Origin: an uncultured Dechloromonas sp.
GTDB taxonomy: Bacteria > Pseudomonadota > Gammaproteobacteria > Burkholderiales > Rhodocyclaceae
Assembly: GCA_964561415.1 (NCBI GenBank)
Contig: CAZLPR010000001.1
Location: forward strand, 1 to 49,146
Reading direction: 5' to 3'
DNA length: 49,146 bases
The position numbers were made by a program, and so were the translations under genes. How positions within the stretch are numbered: position 1 is the stretch's first letter; each line of letters opens with the position of its first letter. The notes below the pieces were generated by a model that worked only from the letters and a program-made list of their open reading frames with translations, searched no databases and was not told the DNA's origin. This document shows positions 27,432 through 35,825 of this stretch, piece after piece.

Positions 27432-29336
27432 TCAGACAAATTCGAGGGCTCGCAAACCGGCTCTCATATCGGCATGCTGCCCAAGATCAGCCAGCAACTC
27501 TTTCATATCCAGAATCAACACAATTTGACCATTCGACAAGGTTGTTACACCGGCCACACCCTTGGGCCGAAAATCTTCCAGCGACTTGATCACGGCATCA
27601 TCCCGTCCAGCGAAACTATCAACCCCGAGAATAAAACTACGTTCAGTCGTCTGCATGAAGACGCCATATTCGGGATATTGCTCAAGCGGCCAGCCCAGCA
27701 AACTAGCGAGCGAAATCACTGGCAAAACCTCGCCACGCACAACCAGCGTTTCCTTGCCACCAACCTCCTGAACACGAGTCTGATCGATTGGCAATATTTC
27801 CCGCACCATCGATAGTGGCAATGCAAATGGCTGATCGCCCAACAGAACCAGCAAAACAGGCAAAATAGCCAGCGTCAGCGGTAAGGAAATAATGAAAACC
27901 GAACCCTTGCCAGGCTCGGAACGAATTTCAATCGAACCGTTAAGTTTGTGGATATTGGTCTTCACCACATCCATGCCGACGCCACGGCCCGAAACAGCCG
28001 AAACCTGGGCCATGGTGGAAAACCCCGGCAAGAAAATAAGATTCAGGCTCTGCCGCTCATCGAGCATATTGGCCTCTTCTTCAGAAACCAGACCCTTTTC
28101 GACTGCTTTGGCACGGATGCGCTCCGCACTCATCCCCTTGCCATCATCAGCAATGATCAGAACGATATGATCGCCTTCCTGACGCGCCTCCAGGCGAACC
28201 AGACTCTTTACCGGCTTACCGGCTGCCTGGCGCTCAGCCGGCATTTCGACGCCATGATCGACGGCGTTTCGAATCAGGTGAATCAACGGATCAGCCAGAT
28301 CCTCGATCATTGTTTTATCAACTTCAGTTTCTTCACCAGCCAGAACCAGCTCAACATCCTTACCCAACTGCCGAGCCAGATCGCGGGCAATCCGCGGATA
28401 TTTCTGGAACAGCCGGCCAATCGGCTGCATTCGGGTCTTCATCACCGAATTTTGCAGATCAGAGACGAGCAGATCGAGTTGGCTTACCGCCTGATCAAGC
28501 GCTTGAAGCGTCTCCGAATCATTTTTACCAGCCAGAATATCGACTCGCAAACTGGTCAGACGATTCTTGGTTAGACCAATTTCACCAGAAAGATTGAGTA
28601 CCTGATCAAGGCGCGAAGTATCGACACGAATTGTATTTTCGCGCCCCCGCTCCTCAGCGCGTCGCCCAGCAGCGGCTTGCCCAGACGGCTGATCAGTTGC
28701 CCGACGAGCCGCCGGTGCAACCGCGGGGGAAGGTGTTACGGAGACATCGGCTGGCAACGGCGCCGCCTCAGCCTCCTCTTTAGTAATCACCTCTCCCTGC
28801 GTTGCGGTTGTAGTTGCGGTCGTGGCCGACTGGCCGGTTACGGCAGAATGCAAGGCATTCCAGTCAGGCTCACCTGTTGCAGGCGAAGGGGCTGCTGCCA
28901 CAACAGGCGGCGGCTCGACAGGCGCAACGACCGGCGCAGGCGACTCGCCCTCCAATGCGCTGCGCAGCGCTGAAATAACCTGGGGATCAGCCGGCTGTGG
29001 TTGGACTGCCTGACCCAGTTCGCCGAACATTTCACGCACACCATTGGTCGCAGCCATGATGACATCCATCAAGTTAGCGGTGAGTTCGAGTTCACCGTTG
29101 CGCAACTTATCGAACAAATTTTCGGTAAGGTGACAAAGCGTCACCAATTCGGTGGCATTGAGAAAACCGGCACCACCTTTTACCGTATGAAAACCACGAA
29201 ATATCTCATTCAATAGACCATGATCATCTGGCATTTTCTCCAGATCGACCAACTTGTTATCCACATCGGACAACAGGTCACTGGCTTCTTGAAGAAAATC
29301 CTGAAGCAGCTCTTCCATCCCAGCAAAATCGCTCAT
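27432..29336 (-). CDS. cheA: Chemotaxis histidine kinase CheA (F6-like, no recognisable P2 domain)
   Basis: P1 FRGFHTVKG; IRNAVDHG; DDGKG; SGRGVGMDVV; C-terminal CheW-like P5. Confidence 0.95.
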   Translation of the reverse strand: MSDFAGMEELLQDFLQEASDLLSDVDNKLVDLEKMPDDHGLLNEIFRGFHTVKGGAGFLNATELVTLCHLTENLFDKLRNGELELTANLMDVIMAATNGVREMFGELGQAVQPQPADPQVISALRSALEGESPAPVVAPVEPPPVVAAAPSPATGEPDWNALHSAVTGQSATTATTTATQGEVITKEEAEAAPLPADVSVTPSPAVAPAARRATDQPSGQAAAGRRAEERGRENTIRVDTSRLDQVLNLSGEIGLTKNRLTSLRVDILAGKNDSETLQALDQAVSQLDLLVSDLQNSVMKTRMQPIGRLFQKYPRIARDLARQLGKDVELVLAGEETEVDKTMIEDLADPLIHLIRNAVDHGVEMPAERQAAGKPVKSLVRLEARQEGDHIVLIIADDGKGMSAERIRAKAVEKGLVSEEEANMLDERQSLNLIFLPGFSTMAQVSAVSGRGVGMDVVKTNIHKLNGSIEIRSEPGKGSVFIISLPLTLAILPVLLVLLGDQPFALPLSMVREILPIDQTRVQEVGGKETLVVRGEVLPVISLASLLGWPLEQYPEYGVFMQTTERSFILGVDSFAGRDDAVIKSLEDFRPKGVAGVTTLSNGQIVLILDMKELLADLGQHADMRAGLRALEFV

Positions 29337-29349
29337 TTCTGCCCCCCCC

Positions 29350-30204
29350 CTAGAAACCAAGGCTATCGAGCAAATCATCGACTTGCTCTTGGTTAACCAC
29401 AACATCCGTCCGCCCTTCGGCTCTCACTACGGGCCCATTCATCAGACTATTGACCTCTTCAGTACGCTTGGTTTCCGGCACCACCTCAAGGAGAACGCTC
29501 ATCAGACTGGATTCAAGCTCCTGCGCCAGACCGACAATCTTTTTAATAACCTGGCCGGTCAGATCCTGAAAATCCTGCGCCATCATGATTTCAGTCAATT
29601 GGGCATGTGTTGCTTTGGTTTTTTGCGGCAATTCACCATTCAGAAAAACACGCGTTTCTGTGGCCAATTGCTTGAATTCATCAACCCCCATCTGATTAGC
29701 AAAAACCTTATCCCAACGCCTGCCAAGTGCATGAGCACCATTTTCAATTTCATCAACCAACGGCCCGGCAACATCTGTCGCATTTAGCACGCGGCAAGCG
29801 GCCTGCTCTGTCAAGTTTGCAACATAAGCCAGACGGTCTTTGGCATCAGGCAGGGCAGATACGGTTTTTTCGAGCAATTTGTCATAGCCCAACTTGCTAA
29901 GCGTATCGTGCAAAGATCGCGCCATTTGACCAATCCGATTAAAGACCACCTCTTGCTGTGACCAGGTATCGCCTGAAGTCGCCGGCAACGCCGGCTGAGC
30001 TACCACCTGGGCTTGCACAGCCTCTGTTTCAGCCGAGATGCTATCGAATAAGGCTTGAAGATCATCGTTATCATCACTCGCCGATGCAGCCTTCGCTGGC
30101 GTAGCCGTAACCACTACGGCAGGCGCTGGCGGAACCGGCGCGTAATCTGCAGCAATTGAATCAAAAAGAGCTTCAAGATCGGAGGTGTCGTTGGTTGTTG
30201 TCAT
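29350..30204 (-). CDS. cheZ: CheY-P phosphatase CheZ with N-terminal extension
   Basis: IMMAQDFQDLTGQVI; C-terminal QEQVDDLLDSLGF; start 30204 or 30207. Confidence 0.96.
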   Translation of the reverse strand: MTTTNDTSDLEALFDSIAADYAPVPPAPAVVVTATPAKAASASDDNDDLQALFDSISAETEAVQAQVVAQPALPATSGDTWSQQEVVFNRIGQMARSLHDTLSKLGYDKLLEKTVSALPDAKDRLAYVANLTEQAACRVLNATDVAGPLVDEIENGAHALGRRWDKVFANQMGVDEFKQLATETRVFLNGELPQKTKATHAQLTEIMMAQDFQDLTGQVIKKIVGLAQELESSLMSVLLEVVPETKRTEEVNSLMNGPVVRAEGRTDVVVNQEQVDDLLDSLGF

Positions 30205-30213
30205 CATCCCTCC

Positions 30214-30609
30214 TTAAGCCTGACCCATTTTCTCGAAAATTTTATTCAATTTCTCCGACAAGGTTCCGGCGGTAAAAGGTTTGACAATGTACCCGCTCGC
30301 CCCCGCTTGAGCGGCGGCGATAATATTTTCTTTTTTTGCCTCAGCAGTAATCATTAAGACCGGCAAATGCTTAAGATTTGGCGTTGCACGGATCGACTGC
30401 AGCAAAGTCAGCCCATCCATATTCGGCATATTCCAGTCTGTTACGACAAATTCGAAACCTCCGTTTTGTAGCTTCTGCAGTGCAATCGCACCATCTTCAG
30501 CCTCGTCGACGTTAGTAAAACCCAACTCCTTGAGCAAATTACGAACGATACGACGCATGGTGGAGAAATCATCCACCACCAGAAATCTCATTTTCGGATC
30601 AACTGCCAT
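30214..30609 (-). CDS. cheY: Motor-type response regulator CheY
   Basis: [23 protein letters not shown]; DWNMP; KPF. Confidence 0.97.
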   Translation of the reverse strand: MAVDPKMRFLVVDDFSTMRRIVRNLLKELGFTNVDEAEDGAIALQKLQNGGFEFVVTDWNMPNMDGLTLLQSIRATPNLKHLPVLMITAEAKKENIIAAAQAGASGYIVKPFTAGTLSEKLNKIFEKMGQA

Positions 30610-30633
30610 GCACTACTCCAGAGTTTTTAGTTG

Positions 30634-31572
30634 TTATCGTTCGATTAGCGGGCGCAGGGTATCGGCCAGCGCCTCGGCGTCAAATTTTGCGACATAGGCA
30701 TCGACACCGACTGACTTGCCCATCGCACGATTGGCCTCAGAAGAAAGCGATGAGTGCATTACCACCGGCACGCCCTCAAAACGCGAATCGGACTTGATAT
30801 TTTTAGTCAACACATAGCCATCCATTTCAGGCATCTCAGCATCGACCAGAATCAAGCGAACTTCATCACGGATTTTGCTGCCGCTCTGCAGTGCGTGCGC
30901 GGCCAAACCTTGTAAGCGCGTCCACGCCTCCATACCATTGGTGGCATGTTTGTGACGAACACCGAGTTTATCCAGCACCTCGGCAATCTTGCGGCGAGCC
31001 ACAACCGAGTCATCGACGAAAAATACACTGGTCCCCGCATCGACTCTGGCTGGCGGTATGTCAACAATCATTGCCTCACCAAACGCATTGGCCAGAATTT
31101 GTTCAACATCGAGGATGGAAACCAAGTTACTGCCGTCTAGCTCGATAACCGCAGTAATCAAACCCTGATTTGAAGCGAGGACACTTTCCGGCGCCTTCAC
31201 CCGTTCCCAGTCGACACGAATAATTCGGTCAACCTCATGCACCAGAAAACCCAGGGTCCGCTTTGAGTATTCTGCCACCATCATCGTCTTGCCCAGGCCC
31301 GGTGGCACACCTTCCAACTGCATGAAAGGAGCCAGCGAAAGGACGGGAATCACATTCCCGCGTAAGGAAATCAGGCCTTCAACACCACGCGGCATATTGG
31401 GTGTCTTTGTGATTCGCGGCGTCCGGCCGACTTCGCGAACCTTAAAGACGTTAATGCCGAAAATTTCTCGAGTACCTAGCGAAAATAGCAAAATCTCCAT
31501 TTTATTGGAGCCAGCCAGGCGAGTGCGCGCATCGACGCTATCGAGAAGATTTTTGTTTTGAACGAGATCCAT
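30634..31572 (-). CDS. cheV: CheV (CheW + receiver), copy 2
   Basis: FGINVFKVREV CheW domain; VDDS, DAEMPEMDG, HSSLS, KF receiver motifs. Confidence 0.93.
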   Translation of the reverse strand: MDLVQNKNLLDSVDARTRLAGSNKMEILLFSLGTREIFGINVFKVREVGRTPRITKTPNMPRGVEGLISLRGNVIPVLSLAPFMQLEGVPPGLGKTMMVAEYSKRTLGFLVHEVDRIIRVDWERVKAPESVLASNQGLITAVIELDGSNLVSILDVEQILANAFGEAMIVDIPPARVDAGTSVFFVDDSVVARRKIAEVLDKLGVRHKHATNGMEAWTRLQGLAAHALQSGSKIRDEVRLILVDAEMPEMDGYVLTKNIKSDSRFEGVPVVMHSSLSSEANRAMGKSVGVDAYVAKFDAEALADTLRPLIER

Positions 31573-31591
31573 CACCAACCCCTGTAAATGC

Positions 31592-32560
31592 TCACGCTGC
31601 CTTGACCGGCATGTTTTCTGCACCCAAACGACGGGTCAATGTTTCTGACAGCCGCTGCGGCTCAAACTTGGGCACATATTCATCTACCCCAACCGATGAT
31701 CCCAGTTTTTGATTCGACATCCCAGACAGAGAGGAATGCATGATCACGGGGATACCATTAAAGCGAGCATCGGACTTTATTTTTTTGGTCAAAATATAGC
31801 CATCCATCTCGGGCATCTCAATATCAGTCAATACCAGACTGATCACGGAAGAAGCGGACTGTCCAATTGATTGAGCATAGCTTGCAATCTTCTCCATTTC
31901 TTCCCACATTTGCCGACCATTCACTGCACTGACACTCTTGACGCCCATGACAGCAAGCGTTCGCTCAATCTGCTTGCGAGCCACACTGGAATCATCGCAA
32001 TAAAAAACGGTGACATCAGGACGGTCCAGCGGAACAACACCGCGGAACATCGCTTCGCTATCAATTGAGGTAGTCTCCGAGAGAACTTTTTCAACGTCCA
32101 TCATCATTACCAGGCGATTATCTTCAAGCTCAGTGACCGCAGTCACCAACCCCCCCGTCTGAGATGTCAGCATTTCTGGTGGCACGCGCATTTTGCTCCA
32201 GTCGAGGCGCAGAATTGTGTCTACACCCTCCACGAGAAAACCCTGCGTGTGGCCGTTATACTCGGTGACAATCATTATTTCGCGCGGCGTTTCGGCTGAA
32301 AACCCGGAGTATTTAGCAAGATCAATCACCGGCACCAGCGCACCGCGCAAGCTCACCATACCCTCCACCGATGAAGGCATATCGGGCGCAGCGGTAATCA
32401 CTGGTGTACGCATCACCTCACGCACTTTGAAGACATTGATGCCATAAGTTTCACGGCGCCCTGTGCGCGGGTCGAGGCCGAGGAAAAACAACAAAATCTC
32501 AAGCTTGTTGGTGCCAGCAAGCTTGGTTCGCGCATCAATATTTTTTAACAACTCTGACAT
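31592..32560 (-). CDS. cheV: CheV (CheW + receiver), copy 1
   Basis: YGINVFKVREV; CDDS, TDIEMPEMDG, HSSLS, KF. Confidence 0.93.
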   Translation of the reverse strand: MSELLKNIDARTKLAGTNKLEILLFFLGLDPRTGRRETYGINVFKVREVMRTPVITAAPDMPSSVEGMVSLRGALVPVIDLAKYSGFSAETPREIMIVTEYNGHTQGFLVEGVDTILRLDWSKMRVPPEMLTSQTGGLVTAVTELEDNRLVMMMDVEKVLSETTSIDSEAMFRGVVPLDRPDVTVFYCDDSSVARKQIERTLAVMGVKSVSAVNGRQMWEEMEKIASYAQSIGQSASSVISLVLTDIEMPEMDGYILTKKIKSDARFNGIPVIMHSSLSGMSNQKLGSSVGVDEYVPKFEPQRLSETLTRRLGAENMPVKAA

Positions 32561-32582
32561 CGTCATTCCCTCGCACGTAGTG

Positions 32583-32609
32583 CAATCGGCTTATTGGTTT
32601 CAAGTTGCT
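32583..32609 (-). promoter_or_regulatory. Possible sigma28 promoter for cheV-cheV-cheY-cheZ-cheA
   Basis: Good -10 GCCGATTG about 22 nt upstream of cheV; -35 is weak (CAACTT). Confidence 0.35.
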
Positions 32610-32728
32610 GCCGAAGAAAATCTAGAATACACGCTTTTCGACGTGTGACAAACCGCTCAAAAAGCTGCCTACCGTCACGTCCACCGCATCACAGCAAATC
32701 AATACTAACGTTTTATGCAAACGAAATT

Positions 32729-33034
32729 TTAAGAAATATTGAATAATTTGCTGAAATTGGCAATATCAAGAACCTGCTTAACGTTACCCCCCACGCCAAC
32801 CAACGCCACTTCCTTGCTCACGCCGCCCAACTTGTCACGTAGCATGAGCAACATCCCCAATGCCGAACTATCAAGATAATCAACCCCGGAAAAATCAACC
32901 GTTACCGAACGAACTTCCGTATCTGAAATAAGTGGTTCGTAAGCGTTGCGAAAATCACGGTGAGTATTGAAGTCAAACCGCCCGACTAGTTTAACGACTG
33001 CTTTGCCGGCATCCTTGAGCACATTTGTTTGCAT
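32729..33034 (-). CDS. STAS-domain protein (anti-sigma-factor antagonist family)
   Basis: 101 aa; GRFDF; VDYLDSSALGMLL with the phosphorylatable Ser motif. Confidence 0.9.
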   Translation of the reverse strand: MQTNVLKDAGKAVVKLVGRFDFNTHRDFRNAYEPLISDTEVRSVTVDFSGVDYLDSSALGMLLMLRDKLGGVSKEVALVGVGGNVKQVLDIANFSKLFNIS

Positions 33035-33112
33035 TTATTTTCCTAGTTTTGTGAAATCTAACGATACTACTAGTTTAATACTTTCGCCATAGCCGACAAG
33101 CCCCAAAACATT

Positions 33113-34183
33113 TTAGCGGCTTGCTGACTGCAAAACACGTTTGCCGATTTCTTCCAGCCCCCATTGCTCTTCAACCGCACCGACCAAAAAAGCCTCACGC
33201 GGCATGCCATAAACGACACAGCTTGCCTCATCCTGACCAAAGGTTTTCGCACCGGCCTGACGCATGCGCAACAAGCCTTGGGCGCCATCCTTTCCCATCC
33301 CGGTGAGAATCACGCCGACAGCTTGATGGCCTACCAGGTTGGCGGCTGAATCAAATAAAACATCAACCGAGGGGCGATGCCGATTGACCGGTGGCGTCGC
33401 GAGCAATTCAGTCACATAACCGGCGGAGCCCCTGCGGATTTGCAAGTGCGAATGACCGGGCGCGATGAAGACGTTACCCGGTTCAATCTTTTCATTGCCT
33501 TGAGCCTCCATGACCCGAGGCGCACAAAGGCCATCCAGGCGTCGAGCAAAAGAAGTGGTAAAAGTTTCAGGCATATGTTGAACGATCAGGATGGGCGGAC
33601 AGTCAGCAGGAATTGCCATGAGAAACTCTTTGATCGCCTCGGTGCCGCCGGTCGATGCACCAAGAAAGATTATTTTCCCGCTAGCGCCAGAACGGGTAAT
33701 GGTCGAGGCGGATTGCATCATCGGAACTTTAGCGGTTTTAGCGGGTGGCGTTGTCACCGGCAGGGCAATAGGCTGACGCCGCAGGCGAGCACATTTGGCA
33801 GCACGAATTTTTTCGAGCAACTCCTCGGCATAATCCTCCATGCGCCGGTTGCCATCAGCACGCGGCTTGCCAATAAAATCAACGGCACCCAATTCGAGCG
33901 CCTTCAAGGTCGTTTCCGATCCGGCCGCAGTGGAAGAAGAGACCATCACTACCGGCATGGGCCGTAAGCGCATCAGGCGCTCAAGAAACTCCAAGCCATC
34001 CATCTTCGGCATATGGACATCCAAGGTCAGGACGTCCGGATTAAGCGTTTTGATCATTTCTCGGGCAATCACGGCGTCGGGCGCGGCGCCAATGACTTCA
34101 ATATCAGGCGCGGAGTTAATCATTTCGGTCAACAAGCTGCGCATTAATGCCGAGTCATCAATGACCAATACACGAATTTTCAT
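33113..34183 (-). CDS. cheB: Chemotaxis methylesterase CheB
   Basis: Receiver domain plus [26 protein letters not shown]. Confidence 0.97.
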   Translation of the reverse strand: MKIRVLVIDDSALMRSLLTEMINSAPDIEVIGAAPDAVIAREMIKTLNPDVLTLDVHMPKMDGLEFLERLMRLRPMPVVMVSSSTAAGSETTLKALELGAVDFIGKPRADGNRRMEDYAEELLEKIRAAKCARLRRQPIALPVTTPPAKTAKVPMMQSASTITRSGASGKIIFLGASTGGTEAIKEFLMAIPADCPPILIVQHMPETFTTSFARRLDGLCAPRVMEAQGNEKIEPGNVFIAPGHSHLQIRRGSAGYVTELLATPPVNRHRPSVDVLFDSAANLVGHQAVGVILTGMGKDGAQGLLRMRQAGAKTFGQDEASCVVYGMPREAFLVGAVEEQWGLEEIGKRVLQSASR

Positions 34184-34238
34184 CAAGGGATATCCCGCAT
34201 AGATTCAGAAAAAAGGCTGTTTTTTGGCGTTGACCGCA

Positions 34239-34841
34239 TCAAATGAACAACTCCACATCGCCTTCCATTTTTGCCCTGCCCAAACGATCCTTGTAGTCAC
34301 GTTCACGAGAGAACAGGGTCTCGTTATGTACACGATGTAACTTTTTGACTAGAACGCGCCCCGCACTGGGGAAAAAATAAATTTTCCGCGGATAGGAATC
34401 AAGCAAATCTTTGGCAACAATTGGAATTTTTTCGGTTTTCAGAAAATCCAATACAAACTCGGCATTTCTTACCCCAACATTGCTGCTCGACAGGCTCGCC
34501 ATGACCGCCCCCCCACCAAAAACCTTGGCTTCCAGGCGATTACGCTTTGCCCCCATCTTTAGTAAATGGTTAATTAATATTTCCATCGCATAGATTCCGT
34601 AGCGCGCCGAAGATCCTACCGCTTCCCGCCCCCCATCCGGCAACATGAAATGATTCATCCCGCCGATGCCGGACTCAGTATCCCGCACACAGGCAGAGAC
34701 GCAGGAGCCGAGCACTGTCACCAACAACATGCCCTTGTCGGTGACAAAATATTCACCAGGCAATATTTTGGCCGCTTCGGTATCGAAATGCCGATCAAAG
34801 TAGCGGTTACTGGCGAGGTTTTCGTCGTAGGCGTGCAGCAC
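34239..34841 (-). CDS. cheD: Receptor glutamine deamidase CheD
   Basis: TVLGSCVSAC; GGMNHFMLP; AKVFGG. Confidence 0.95.
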   Translation of the reverse strand: MLHAYDENLASNRYFDRHFDTEAAKILPGEYFVTDKGMLLVTVLGSCVSACVRDTESGIGGMNHFMLPDGGREAVGSSARYGIYAMEILINHLLKMGAKRNRLEAKVFGGGAVMASLSSSNVGVRNAEFVLDFLKTEKIPIVAKDLLDSYPRKIYFFPSAGRVLVKKLHRVHNETLFSRERDYKDRLGRAKMEGDVELFI

Positions 34842-34858
34842 GGATGTCCTTTATTGCC

Positions 34859-35762
34859 TTATCGGGCTTTAGCCAAGGCATAAACCGTCTTGCCCAATGA
34901 CTTAAAAATATCGGCGGCGTGGAGAAAACTCTCGGAATGCCCGGCGAACATCAGTCCCTCGGGTTGCATCAAAGGCGCGAAACGGGAAAGTATTTTGTGC
35001 TGGGTCGGTTTATCGAAGTAAATCATGACGTTACGGCAGAAAATAACGTCAAGCGGCCCGCGCACTGGCCAATTAGCTTCCAGCAAATTAACCCGCTGAA
35101 ACTCGATCAGCCGCTTCAACTCCGGCCGCACCGAAACAAAGCCCTCCTGACTGCCTGAGCCTTTGAGGAAGAAACGCTTCAGGCGTTCAGGTGCAATTTT
35201 TTCGACACGATCAATCGGATAAACCCCTTTCTGGGCCGTCGCCAGCACATTGGTATCGAGATCAGAGGCGAAAATAGAAACGTGTGACGCATTGGCGCCA
35301 AAGGTTTCAAGCACGGTCATGGCGATCGAGTATGGCTCTTCGCCAGTGGATGCGGCCGAACACCAGATGCGAATCGGGCGCTTGGAGCCGAGTTTGTTTA
35401 GTTGATCGGCAAGAATTGGAAAGTGGTGCGGTTCACGAAAAAATGAGGTCAGATTCGTCGTCAATGAATTAACGAAGCGCTCCCACTCATCGGCACCGCC
35501 CTTCTCCAGCATGTCGAGATATTCAACAAAGGTATTTTTTCCGGTCGCCCGAAGACGGCGAGCCAGACGGGAGTAAACCATGTCCTGTTTGACCGGCGAA
35601 AGGGAAATCCCGGCATGCTGATAAATCAGCTTGCGCACACGCTCAAAGTCAGTGCTGGAAAAACTGAACTCGCGCGGACCCGGCTCGCGCCGATGCCATG
35701 CCGAGCGCTGGGTTCTGAGTGTTCAATGGCCGACGACTATCAAGCATTGGCATTTTTCCCAT
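34859..35762 (-). CDS. cheR: Chemotaxis methyltransferase CheR; 5' end apparently frameshifted near 35687-35690 (intact ORF only 34859..35638)
   Basis: TTNLTSFFRE, WCSAASTGEEPYS, IFCRNVMIYF; in-frame upstream REFSFSSTDFERV has no start codon, while RBS-ATG 35762 is one base out of frame. Confidence 0.9.
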
Positions 35763-35825
35763 GGTTCATTCCTGCAGGCAGAAGATGCCGCCGGTTTGTT
35801 GCTGACAGACACATTATCGGTTGGC

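Noticed and set aside
32610-32728. Possible c-di-GMP riboswitch or CRP site in the STAS-cheV intergenic region
   Set aside because: Only weak short inverted repeats; no GEMM-type core recognised and TGTGA/TCACA spacing is wrong. An Rfam scan would settle it
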